The notes under the pieces are model-generated. The model saw only the letters and a list, made by a program, of their open reading frames with translations. It had not been told where the DNA came from and did not search any database. From contig NZ_CP074694.1 in NCBI RefSeq assembly GCF_018398935.1, positions 2,790,001 through 2,822,000 on the forward strand: DNA of 32,000 bases, written 5' to 3'. This document shows positions 1 to 9,029 of this stretch, piece after piece. This stretch comes from Telmatocola sphagniphila (lineage in GTDB: Bacteria > Planctomycetota > Planctomycetia > Gemmatales > Gemmataceae). How positions within the stretch are numbered: the first letter of the stretch is position 1; each line of letters opens with the position of its first letter. Made by a program: the position numbers and the translations under genes.

Positions 1-2
1 AC

Positions 3-887
3 CCGGCCTGGAATCATACGCTTCATAAGGAAGTCCATGACGATGGCGTTCGCTGGATGAGTGCGGAGACAAATATGCGAAATCAGATTTCCGACCGAGT
101 CCGACGAGGCGAAAAAATGATTCTCTGGGGAACCTACTACGGTGCCAATTACCGCTATCTGATCGAGTACAACTTCGGCGATGATGGCACTCTGGTCTGC
201 CGTATCGGGCCTACCGGTCGAAACATTTTTAACCGCCAATCGGATCTGAGCGATACCCACCTTCACATCGGCTGCTGGCGCATGGAAATGGATCTGGGAG
301 ACCCCATCACCAAAAAAGGAGGTCCGAAATCGAATGATGTGATACTGGTTCGCCGAGTATACGACGAAGCGAATGAAAAATTTGGCCTCGTCACTAAACC
401 GTTCAACAAGAATTTTCAGAATGAAGCCTGCGAGGGATCGGCTCGCTGGGTTCCGGAAGAATTCACCACCGTCCGCTTCCAGAGCAAGGAACGAAAAAAT
501 TCGCATGGCCGATCAATGGCTTACGATGTCATTTCACAACGATTCGGGTCGATCCGGCAACTCCAACCCGAAGGAGGCAGTTACGAGTCGAACATGGATT
601 TCATCAATCAGGACTTTTGGGTGACGCGGACCGAACCCAGTTTCACTGAATATATTAACGTTCCCACTTACGCGAAGGAAAAACGCCCGCTCACGGATCA
701 GGCGACCACTCTGTGGTTATGCACACCGGCGATTCACGCGGCTCGCGGTGAGGATTTCGGCCCCTCGAATGGAACCAACAGTTACTCCGGGGTCGCTATC
801 ACCACCTGGGCAAGTTTCATCCTGAAACCTCGGGAACTCTTCGATAGCACGCCGTTGTATAAGTCTTCGCCAATCTTCGGACGCTAA
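3..887 (+). CDS. Copper amine oxidase-like catalytic domain protein, C-terminal part (5' end outside the window)
   Basis: The frame is open from the window edge, with no stop between nt 3 and the listed ATG at 57. Catalytic-domain landmarks appear in the expected order: GANYRY at the TPQ N-Y-(D/E)-Y position, THLHIG (His-x-His Cu ligands), and IHAARGEDF (third Cu His, 157 aa after HxH, close to the spacing in the Arthrobacter enzyme). The C-terminal SFILKPRELFDSTPLY resembles GFKLRPEGFFDRSPVL. Confidence 0.6.
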   Translation, partial: PAWNHTLHKEVHDDGVRWMSAETNMRNQISDRVRRGEKMILWGTYYGANYRYLIEYNFGDDGTLVCRIGPTGRNIFNRQSDLSDTHLHIGCWRMEMDLGDPITKKGGPKSNDVILVRRVYDEANEKFGLVTKPFNKNFQNEACEGSARWVPEEFTTVRFQSKERKNSHGRSMAYDVISQRFGSIRQLQPEGGSYESNMDFINQDFWVTRTEPSFTEYINVPTYAKEKRPLTDQATTLWLCTPAIHAARGEDFGPSNGTNSYSGVAITTWASFILKPRELFDSTPLYKSSPIFGR

Positions 888-913
888 CCGTCCCGCCCAA
901 TCTGTCCAACTTT

Positions 914-955
914 CGGCGGGAGATGAGTTCTCAGGCTTCTCCTGCCGCCGGTTTT
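914..955 (+). terminator. Putative rho-independent terminator after the amine-oxidase-like gene
   Basis: CGGCGGGAGA (914-923) pairs with TCTCCTGCCG (938-947): 10 bp including one G-U, with a 14-nt loop. It is followed by CCGGTTTT, so the U-tract is only 4 nt. Confidence 0.4.
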
Positions 956-1046
956 CCAATGCCCGGTCCTTCATCCCATATTGACAACACTACCGTATGC
1001 CGTCATAAGCATTTTTCGAAATCGGTTCTCACTGCGAGAGAAACTC

Positions 1047-1655
1047 GTGACTAGCAATTATCGGTGGAAATGGTGTCTGGCGGGATTTGTCGCCGTCGGC
1101 TGTGCCAGTGGGCCGCCCGTCGATCGTTCTCAGCCCGCCACAGTTGCCGTTCTCGAACAGGATTTCGAAAACCCGATTCTGATTTCGCCGGGTATTGGCG
1201 ATCCCATCACATATGCGGACATTTTCGAGCGAGTGCTTTCTGTCGTGGGAGATTATTTCGAGATCGCCTACCCGAACCGCTACGACGGCCGGATTGTCAC
1301 CCTGCCGAAGTTGGCCCCCGGCTACGAACAGTTTTGGAAGCCGGGTTCTCCAAACATCCGCGAGCGTCTTTTAGACACCATTCAAACGATGCGATATCGT
1401 TGCACGGTGCAAATCCGGGCCGCTCAGGCGGGGGGCTATTACGTTCAAGTGACGGTTCTGAAGGAATTGAAAGACGATCCCCAACCCGCATTGCCGTACG
1501 CCGGACGGGCCTCATTCCAGGAATCGCCAACGATCGAACGTCAATTTGAAGTGGTTGATCCCAATGCGGTTTCGACGGGCGAACGCTGGATTCCCAAAGG
1601 CCGGGATTACGCGCTGGAGCGTGAAATCCTGCGAAAGATTCAACGCTGCCAGTGA
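1047..1655 (+). CDS. Hypothetical lipoprotein
   Basis: The start is moved from the track's TTG 981 to the in-frame GTG 1047. This gives a compact signal peptide with a lipobox (WKWCLAGFVAVG|CASG). The composition is globular and I recognise no family. Confidence 0.5.
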   Translation: MTSNYRWKWCLAGFVAVGCASGPPVDRSQPATVAVLEQDFENPILISPGIGDPITYADIFERVLSVVGDYFEIAYPNRYDGRIVTLPKLAPGYEQFWKPGSPNIRERLLDTIQTMRYRCTVQIRAAQAGGYYVQVTVLKELKDDPQPALPYAGRASFQESPTIERQFEVVDPNAVSTGERWIPKGRDYALEREILRKIQRCQ

Positions 1656-1693
1656 GGATTACACTTCTTTAACAAACTCGCCCAGCCACCGAC

Positions 1694-2455
1694 TTAGTCG
1701 ATTACAGGGATCGACAACGGCAATTTGACCGTGAAGGTCGAACCCTTTCCAACAACACTTTCGACCCGAATACGGCCTTGATGTTGCTCGATAATTTGTC
1801 GGCAGACGCTTAATCCCAGACCTGTACCACCATGCCCGCTGGAATCGGGATCTTTGGTCGTATAGAAAGGTTCGAAGATCAACCGGAGTTGTTCGGGTGG
1901 AATCCCCGGTCCGGTATCGGCGATGCGAATCTCGGCCATCTGAGTGACCGCATTCTCCCGAATCTCGATCTTCAGCCGGCCTCCGTGCGACATGGCCTGG
2001 CGAGCGTTGATGACCAGATTCAGAAGTATCTGTTCGATCTGACCCGCGACGACGGGAGCAACCGGCCGATCAATATAGCGCTTCTCGACCTGAATACGGT
2101 GCTTGCTCAGGTCCTTCTCGGTAAGTAGCAGCACTTCTTCCAGGAGACTGACGATATCGGTGTTCTCACGTATGTTGGCCTGATTGCGGGCGAAGCCGAG
2201 CATTCCGTTGACAATCGCGGCCGCCCGTTGACCGCCCTTGAGAATTTTCTCGAAGGCTTGCTTGGTGTTCGCATCCGGAGGGTTGCGTAGGCCCAGCTTG
2301 GCATAGTTGATTATCGTCGTCAGAATATTATTAAATTCGTGGGCCACACTGGAAGCCAGCGCGCCGACGCTGGATAACCTTTGTGCCTGTAATAATTGCT
2401 GACGTAACGATTCGGTTTCATCTCCCGGCGGGGCAAGTAACTCTTCGCCTGTCAT
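1694..2455 (-). CDS. Soluble sensor-less histidine kinase (HisKA + HATPase_c only)
   Basis: H-box SSVAHEFNNILTTI, N-box LLNLVINARQA, and G-boxes DTGPGI and GGTGLGLSV. The start is placed at ATG 2455, which has AGGAGAGG 5 nt upstream. The track's ATG 2530 would add 25 basic residues with no RBS. There is no TM or sensor domain and no adjacent response regulator. Confidence 0.8.
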   Translation of the reverse strand: MTGEELLAPPGDETESLRQQLLQAQRLSSVGALASSVAHEFNNILTTIINYAKLGLRNPPDANTKQAFEKILKGGQRAAAIVNGMLGFARNQANIRENTDIVSLLEEVLLLTEKDLSKHRIQVEKRYIDRPVAPVVAGQIEQILLNLVINARQAMSHGGRLKIEIRENAVTQMAEIRIADTGPGIPPEQLRLIFEPFYTTKDPDSSGHGGTGLGLSVCRQIIEQHQGRIRVESVVGKGSTFTVKLPLSIPVID

Positions 2456-2913
2456 GAAAACCTCTCCTGGCTTTGTAGGCGTGGTGCGAGATCTCTTCCG
2501 CGGTGCGGACACCTTGGCTGTTCCACTCATGCTTCATGCAGCCTCATCTGTCCTGCCAAAGAATATCGGTTGTATCAATTCTGAGACTTCATCCGATCTA
2601 CCGGGCGACTGGCAGTATGTACGTGGATTTTTCGAACTCGAGGGGCTCAAGAAAAGGGGAAAAACGTCTTCGGGCCTGCTTTACTTGAAAATATTACCAA
2701 AGCGAAATTTGCCTATATTATCGCAACGCACTCAAACTAACAGAGATGTTAAATTAGGATATTTTTAATCTGACAAACCGGTGATAGTGCAAACATCAGG
2801 TTAAGCTACCAAAAATACTCTCTCATTTTGTTGAAAAAGCATCGCGGCCGATTTCTCAGCCGCCGATGACTCGATTCCCAACCTACGCGAATTCCTTCAT
2901 CTCACCTGCCGGG

Positions 2914-4467
2914 CTACTCCACGGGCTCGGTTTTCTCTTCCTCTTGCGGTCGCGTATAGTTTGCCGGCGATAGCGCTCGGCGCATGATCTCCCGCATTTG
3001 CGTTAAATCCGGAGCCTGGTTGGTAAAGAGCTGAATCTGAGCCGCGGCTTGACGGATAAACATTTCCAATCCACTAATCGCTTTGCAATTTCGTGATCGC
3101 GCATTCTTGATGAGCAGCGTGTTTTCGGGTGTGTAGATAATATCGAAAACGATCATATCCGGCTTCAGATAGCTGTGGTGGATGGGTGTCTGATCTACAT
3201 CCGGAAACATTCCTATCGGAGTGCAGTTAATAAGAATGTCACATTCGCCATTGTGACGGGCTTCCCATTCGATGGCCTTCCCTTTGACTTCATCCGCCAG
3301 TTTCATGGCCCTGTCCATGGTTCGGGAAGTAATTTTGATGTTCGCTCCCACCTTATGCAGCGCATGGGCTATCGCCCGGGCGGAACCGCCCGCCCCGAGA
3401 ATCATAGCGTTACATTTGTTCAGCGCCCGAGGATGCCCATCTTCCAGAGTGGGCATATTGGCCTGCAAACTGTCGACGGCGGCTTCGTAATCCGTATTGA
3501 AGGCATGGAAGCCATCCGATTTTCGCACAAGCGTATTAGCCGCCTGAGTTTCCGCCACGCGATCGTCGATATGGCTGGAAATGGAGGCAGCGGCTTCCTT
3601 GTGAGGAATGGTCACACTATAGCCATCCACCGGAATCGCATGGAAGGATTTCAACGCCTGCGGCAAGGCTCCGCGCGGTACTCGGAAAGGTAAATAAACA
3701 GCGTTGATTCCGAGTTCTTTATAAACCTGGTTGTGAAGCAGCGGACTGAAACTATGACCCACCGGGTCTCCCAGGACGCCGAAGACTTGCGTCTGCTTAT
3801 TGATGGATTCGACCTGGAAATCCCGGCGAACTTCCTCCATCGAAGGGAGGCCCGGGGCAATCCCTCTCTCCTTGTTGAAAGCGGCGTAGATGAAGGGAGC
3901 TCCGTATTTGAGAGAAAGTATTCGACTGGGCATACCCATCTCGCCCATGCAGTGCGCAATCACCGGCTTCGAGGAATTCTGAATCAGCTTTAAAACCCGC
4001 ATATTATCGGCGGGAGATTGCGCCATCACGGCTACTTTGTAAATATCCCCGTCCTGCTTCAGCATGTTTCGGAAGATACCTTCCAGATCGGAAGGAGTTT
4101 CCTTGAAATTGTGGTAACTGATAATCCGCTTAACGTCTTTGAAGCGTTTGATTTCATCCGCAATGTCCGTTTCGAGATCGACCCATTCAAAACCGGCAAC
4201 AATCGCTTGCCGCATCACCATCTTCCGCTCGTCTTCGGTCCCCCCCCAACGTCCTCCGTCCACCCGACGCCGTAGCGTGGCAACCCAGGGACATTTTTTC
4301 ATTGGCAACAGGCGTTGAAAATCAACGGCTTTGGCGAGGTAATCTAATCGAAGTTCGATGAATTTGGCCCCGCGCTTGACGGCTTCGTCCAACTCCACGG
4401 TCACCATCTTGTGGCGGGTACGGCCAACGATGACGCAAATTCGATCGGGAACCAAACTCATTTCCAC
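2914..4467 (-). CDS. aroDE: Bifunctional 3-dehydroquinate dehydratase (type I) / shikimate 5-dehydrogenase
   Basis: The N-terminal half is AroD-like (ICVIVGRT, IELRLDYL, IISYHNF). The C-terminal half is AroE-like (VFGVLGDPVGHSFSPLLHN, AFNTDY, Rossmann ILGAGGSARAIAHAL). Confidence 0.9.
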   Translation of the reverse strand: MEMSLVPDRICVIVGRTRHKMVTVELDEAVKRGAKFIELRLDYLAKAVDFQRLLPMKKCPWVATLRRRVDGGRWGGTEDERKMVMRQAIVAGFEWVDLETDIADEIKRFKDVKRIISYHNFKETPSDLEGIFRNMLKQDGDIYKVAVMAQSPADNMRVLKLIQNSSKPVIAHCMGEMGMPSRILSLKYGAPFIYAAFNKERGIAPGLPSMEEVRRDFQVESINKQTQVFGVLGDPVGHSFSPLLHNQVYKELGINAVYLPFRVPRGALPQALKSFHAIPVDGYSVTIPHKEAAASISSHIDDRVAETQAANTLVRKSDGFHAFNTDYEAAVDSLQANMPTLEDGHPRALNKCNAMILGAGGSARAIAHALHKVGANIKITSRTMDRAMKLADEVKGKAIEWEARHNGECDILINCTPIGMFPDVDQTPIHHSYLKPDMIVFDIIYTPENTLLIKNARSRNCKAISGLEMFIRQAAAQIQLFTNQAPDLTQMREIMRRALSPANYTRPQEEEKTEPVE

Positions 4468-4624
4468 TACTCTCTACGGCAAAAGTCTGCCTCTCACTGT
4501 ATGGCATCTCCGAGAGCCGTGCAAGCTGGAAGAGCGGTTATTTCTCCCCGAATCATTGACGGTTGATGCAGCAAGTGATTAATTGATAAAATTCAAACCT
4601 TCCTTCTTTCGGGAGATACCCTAG

Positions 4625-6166
4625 TTGAAGAAATCGGCGTGGCTCTATCTCATCCTGGCCGGCCTGCTGGTTCCCGCGGCCATCGTCCAGGGTCAGCAGA
4701 AAAAGCTCTTTCGCTGGGGGGGCGATAAAGCGGGCGGTGCTCCCTTCATTTTCGACGCCGTGGAAAACGGAGTGGAAAAGCAGCTGGGATTCGAATCCGA
4801 ACTGGCGGAGTACTTCGCCGGGCAACTGGAGCGCGAAGCCAAATTCGTCCAGGCGGACTGGGATACCCTGCCTCAGGTTTTGAATCGCGGCGGCGATGCC
4901 AGCGAAATCGATGTCGCCATGAACGGCATTGAATTCTCCAAGGACCGCGCGGCCCAGGGGACCGTTCCCTATTTCATCTACACCTTGCGACTGATCGTGC
5001 GGACCGATTCTAAAATCGCAAATTGGGACGATTTGAAACCGGCCGAAAACGGCAGAAAATTGCGGGTCGGGGTGTTGCGTGATACCTTTGCCCATAAATA
5101 TCTGACCGATCATTTCGAAGATCTCATAGAGATCGTTCCGACGCGAGAAGTGGTCGAGGCCTTCCAGTTGATGGAACAATCCGACGGTTCGCGGATGGAT
5201 GCCTGCGTGCAGGATTCCCCCTGTGCGAATTATTACATCGCTGGGGGCCGTTATCCCAAGCTGAAAATCGTCGCCGAGCCGCGAGCCAAGAACTACTACA
5301 TCATACTCACTCGCGAAAACGATGTGGAATTGCGCGAAAAGCTGAATCAGGCGATCAAGGCAGCATCCGATTCCGGGCTGCTGGAAAGGATCTATCGCAA
5401 ATACAATTTGTGGGATGAAGATCAGGCCAAATTAGTTCAAACTCTGCGAAGCCCCTGGCCACCCGAGGAATCGGAAGCGATCAGTAAGCGAACTCTGGGA
5501 AGCCTGCAATCGAAAATTCTGAGCGCTCTCTGGATGACCGTGGCACTTTCGTTCCTGGCGATGCCGATTGCCATCGCTCTGGGCATCCTGATCGCAATCG
5601 GTCGCGTTTACGGATCCTGGATTCTGCGCTTTCCGCTGGCAGTTTACGTCGAAGTGATCCGGGGTACTCCACTATTGTTGCAGATATTTGTGATCTACTA
5701 CGTTCTACCCGACTTGGCGAAAGCCACCGAATCCAAAATTCTGATGGAATTGGCCGCTTTTCCAGCGTTCTTCGTGGGGGTAATCGGGCTGGCAATCAAT
5801 TACTCGGCCTACGAATCGGAAATCTATCGCGCGGGGATTCAATCGATTCCTCGCGGTCAGATGGAAGCGGCACTCAGCCTGGGACTTCGCCGGGGACAGG
5901 CCATTCGACATGTGATTCTGCCTCAGGCGATTCGACTGGTGATACCGCCCGTAACCAACGATTTCATCAATATGTTCAAGGATACCTCCGTCTGTTCCAT
6001 GATCATGATTACCGAATTGACGGGACTGTACTATCAGAACAAGTCGGATCAGGTTCTGGCCTACCAGCTCGCGATAGTGATTGCGATACTCTATATGGCA
6101 CTCAGTTACCCGTTATCCCTTGTTGCTCGGGGGCTGGAAAACCGGCTCCGGAAAGCCATGGCATGA
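4625..6166 (+). CDS. Polar amino-acid ABC transporter, fused substrate-binding domain + permease
   Basis: TTG start followed by a signal peptide (MKKSAWLYLILAGLLVPAAIVQG). A family-3 solute-binding domain occupies about aa 25-290. A HisM/GlnP-type membrane domain follows, with the EAA loop EAALSLGLRRGQAIRHVILPQA. Confidence 0.85.
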   Translation: MKKSAWLYLILAGLLVPAAIVQGQQKKLFRWGGDKAGGAPFIFDAVENGVEKQLGFESELAEYFAGQLEREAKFVQADWDTLPQVLNRGGDASEIDVAMNGIEFSKDRAAQGTVPYFIYTLRLIVRTDSKIANWDDLKPAENGRKLRVGVLRDTFAHKYLTDHFEDLIEIVPTREVVEAFQLMEQSDGSRMDACVQDSPCANYYIAGGRYPKLKIVAEPRAKNYYIILTRENDVELREKLNQAIKAASDSGLLERIYRKYNLWDEDQAKLVQTLRSPWPPEESEAISKRTLGSLQSKILSALWMTVALSFLAMPIAIALGILIAIGRVYGSWILRFPLAVYVEVIRGTPLLLQIFVIYYVLPDLAKATESKILMELAAFPAFFVGVIGLAINYSAYESEIYRAGIQSIPRGQMEAALSLGLRRGQAIRHVILPQAIRLVIPPVTNDFINMFKDTSVCSMIMITELTGLYYQNKSDQVLAYQLAIVIAILYMALSYPLSLVARGLENRLRKAMA

Positions 6167-7980
6167 CCGAACCCGAACCGCTGTTACGCACGCTCGCTCC
6201 GCTCTTGGGAAATCTCGCCTTAGAATTGCAGAATTGGAAGGATTCCCGGCAGAATTTTCCACTCAGTCTGGTCGCGAAATCGACCGTGGAAGGTCTGCTA
6301 CAGGACTTGCGGCGACGCTCCGAGGCCCTGCAAATCGAGCGACTCAGTCTAGTAATCGCTTTCATGGGCGGCACCGGCGTCGGGAAATCCTCCCTGCTCA
6401 ACGCCCTGGCCGGTTCGCCCATCGCCGCATCCTCCGTCACTCGACCAACCACGCGCGAGCCTGTGGTTTACTACCATCACTCCCTGCGACCTGAGAATCT
6501 CGATCCCGCCCTGCGCCATTGCCGTTTGGTTTCGCACGATCGGGAAAAACTGCACGAAAAAATCCTGGTCGACACTCCTGACCTGGACAGCAACGATCTG
6601 GAAAACCGCGAACGGTTGCTGGCAATCCTACCCATCGCCGATATTGTCCTCTACGTCGGTTCGCAGGAAAAATATCACGATAAACTTGGCTGGGATCTCT
6701 TCAAACAACAAAGGGAGAGATCGGCCTTCGCGTTCGTTTTGAACAAATGGGATCGTTGTCTCCATAACATCGCCAACGGCATGCGTCCCGATCAGGATCT
6801 CATCCGCGATTTGAAGCAGGAAGGATTCGAGAATCCGATTCTGTTTCGCACCATGGCGGCCGCGTGGGTGGAGAATCCCGATCGGACCACCCCGCCAGCT
6901 GAGAATGAGCAATTTCAGGAACTGGTGCTCTGGATAGAAAACGGGCTGAATAAGCTGGAAATCGAAGCCATCAAGGCTCGTGGCATCGGCCAGCTATTGA
7001 CTCAGCTCGAAAAGACACTTCAGGAGTCGATGCCCCCGGACTGGTCGATCCCGGCCCAGAATATCCAACTCACCTGGAAAGGACTTTTCGAGGAAGAAGC
7101 CGAGCAGTCCGCCGATCAATTGATGCAGACGCTCGATCGGCATCAACTGGAAATCGAACACCATTTCCGCGTCGAAGGGCAGCAGCGTTTCCGGGGCTTG
7201 ATGGCCGCGTGGCTGGGATTGTCGACCAAGGTTCGAACCATGGGAAGTTCGCTTCGAGATCAACTACCGATTCCGCGCAATCCACTGAGCAAGTCAGTCG
7301 AGGCTGAAAAACCGAATCTGACCTATCTCATTCAAGCTTGCGTTAGTTCCACAGGCGAGAAAGTGTTGGAAAAACGCCTGGAAGGGCTCGCCAACCGGTT
7401 GCTCGTATCGGCCGATCAGGCGGGAATCGCTGCCAACCAGATCAACGCACCAATCACCGAGAGCCGCAAGGAACAGGGAGCCGCGCTGTATGAAAAATCG
7501 CTGATGGCGGCGTGGCAGGATCTCGATTCGGATCGCTCATCTCCCAGTGTACCCAAGCATTTGTTGCAAACGGGTGTGATTCAGGTGGCCAACTTTTTAC
7601 CCGGTATCGTTCTGATTGCCGGATATCTGTACCTGATGTGGAACTTCTTCGTACTGAACACGCAGCCCTCGCTTTTTCAGGTGATTTTACCCGTACTGTT
7701 AACGTTGATAGTGATTCTGCTTTTGCAGTTGGTTGTGAGTTGGGTTCTTCCCTTCAAATGGACGGCGGTCCGGGAAGAGTTCCGCAGGACCATACTTGAG
7801 AAAACCAGCCGCGATCTCCAGCTCGCCTTTGGGGACATACCCGAACAACTCAGTTCCAGGATTCTTCTTGAGCGGCAGAAAACCGAAACCATGCTGAAGA
7901 ATACCCAGGATGTCAGTAATTGGCTGGCCAGCCGGGAAAATGCAATCGCCGTACGCGACCTTTATGGCAAAACGGAATAG
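6163..7980 (+). CDS. Membrane-anchored dynamin-like P-loop GTPase (paralog 1)
   Basis: The ATG overlaps the permease stop (ATGA at 6163-6166). G1 is GGTGVGKSS (aa 69-77), G3-like is ILVDTPDLD (D137..D140), and G4 is NKWD (aa 194-197). A BDLP-like ADIVLYVGSQEKYHD segment is present. Two hydrophobic helices lie at about aa 471-531, followed by a roughly 70-aa tail. Confidence 0.75.
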   Translation: MTEPEPLLRTLAPLLGNLALELQNWKDSRQNFPLSLVAKSTVEGLLQDLRRRSEALQIERLSLVIAFMGGTGVGKSSLLNALAGSPIAASSVTRPTTREPVVYYHHSLRPENLDPALRHCRLVSHDREKLHEKILVDTPDLDSNDLENRERLLAILPIADIVLYVGSQEKYHDKLGWDLFKQQRERSAFAFVLNKWDRCLHNIANGMRPDQDLIRDLKQEGFENPILFRTMAAAWVENPDRTTPPAENEQFQELVLWIENGLNKLEIEAIKARGIGQLLTQLEKTLQESMPPDWSIPAQNIQLTWKGLFEEEAEQSADQLMQTLDRHQLEIEHHFRVEGQQRFRGLMAAWLGLSTKVRTMGSSLRDQLPIPRNPLSKSVEAEKPNLTYLIQACVSSTGEKVLEKRLEGLANRLLVSADQAGIAANQINAPITESRKEQGAALYEKSLMAAWQDLDSDRSSPSVPKHLLQTGVIQVANFLPGIVLIAGYLYLMWNFFVLNTQPSLFQVILPVLLTLIVILLLQLVVSWVLPFKWTAVREEFRRTILEKTSRDLQLAFGDIPEQLSSRILLERQKTETMLKNTQDVSNWLASRENAIAVRDLYGKTE

Positions 7981-8021
7981 CTTGGAAGTCTGAAACGCCC
8001 CAGGATCAAGCGATAAAAGAC

Positions 8022-9029
8022 TCAACCTACGGGCACGATGTCCATGGCCATCGATTCGATGGCATAGTTCATCTGCAGCATTCGATCGATCTGCTCGTCT
8101 GTCTTTTGCAACCGAAATAACAGTTGATCGAGCTGCGCGTAGCTGAAACGCTGGGCGAACTGCGACACTGGCCCCGATATCTCCGCATTGCCCGCCCTAT
8201 CCCCCAGATGCCAATGCCAGGCGAGCCGGGCCAGTTCGATCAACACTCGTATCAGCATCCGGCTAGTCACACGCTGCCCTGCGGTGTCTTTGGAGAAATT
8301 TTCCAACGACTTCAGCCACTGCTCGGCCCAGGCGAAGGCATCGCTGCGGGGTTTGAGCAAATCGGCGACCAGTTGTTGCCGTAATTCCCTAAAATGCGGC
8401 TCGGCAAACTCGATTGCCAGTCCGGGACTTCCCGCGGCCAGGGCAATACTGAGTTCATCGACGGAATACTCGGGCTCTTTGCGACTGGAAATCACCTGGC
8501 GAACATTTGACTCAGATAGCCCCGCAAAGTGAATGATCTGACAGCGGGACTGGATCGTTCGCAGTTGCCGGTCGGCCGAAGGGCCGCCGATGAGAATCAA
8601 TATGGAACCCGGCGCTGGCTCCTCCAGAGTCTTTAGAAAACAGTTCGCGGCCTCCTCATTCATCTCTCCTGCATCATCGACGATCGCCACTTTGCGTGTA
8701 CCCAGGGCAGGTTTTCTGACCAATTGTTCGCAGAGATCTCGAATCACCGCGATCACTAATTCGTTTTTGTCTTCGGGCTTGGCAGCCATCAGCAAATCAG
8801 GATGGGTACCGGCCCCCGCCAGTATGCAACTGCGGCATTGTTCGCACGCCTCCAGCCCGGGACCGCTCTTCTCGCACAGAATCGCCCGAGCCAACTCCCG
8901 GGCAAAGGTGAATTTACCGACACCCCGTGGTCCTATGAAAAGATAGGCTTGGCCAAGGCGCTGATTGGTCCAGACGGCCTGAAAACCTTTGATCAGGCGA
9001 TCGTGTCCGAGCATCCGATTCCAACTCAT
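8022..9029 (-). CDS. holB: DNA polymerase III delta' subunit
   Basis: Walker A GPRGVGKFTFA, Zn module CEQCRSC, DDAGEM, and the SRC motif (IQSRCQ). It has the classical tmk-holB arrangement with an ATGA overlap at 9026-9029. Confidence 0.85.
   Translation of the reverse strand: MSWNRMLGHDRLIKGFQAVWTNQRLGQAYLFIGPRGVGKFTFARELARAILCEKSGPGLEACEQCRSCILAGAGTHPDLLMAAKPEDKNELVIAVIRDLCEQLVRKPALGTRKVAIVDDAGEMNEEAANCFLKTLEEPAPGSILILIGGPSADRQLRTIQSRCQIIHFAGLSESNVRQVISSRKEPEYSVDELSIALAAGSPGLAIEFAEPHFRELRQQLVADLLKPRSDAFAWAEQWLKSLENFSKDTAGQRVTSRMLIRVLIELARLAWHWHLGDRAGNAEISGPVSQFAQRFSYAQLDQLLFRLQKTDEQIDRMLQMNYAIESMAMDIVPVG

Noticed and set aside
2454-2768. 104-aa and 61-aa plus-strand ORFs in the kinase/aroDE intergenic region
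   Set aside because: They start antisense inside the kinase 5' end, have no RBS, show odd composition, and run into the AT-rich promoter-like region. They are most likely non-coding.
4553-5179. 208-aa minus-strand ORF antisense to the ABC SBP domain. Similar antisense or off-frame ORFs occur at 3175..3693, 9929..10474, 16782..17360, 17248..17796, 25903..26469, 26863..27300 and 27322..27849
   Set aside because: Each is nested in a gene with strong family motifs on the other frame or strand. They are shadow ORFs of the kind expected at this GC content.
7225-7245. AAGGTTCGAACCATGG, resembling a tRNA T-arm
   Set aside because: It lies in-frame inside the GTPase gene and has no acceptor or anticodon stems around it. 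No tRNA-like cloverleaf was found in any intergenic region.
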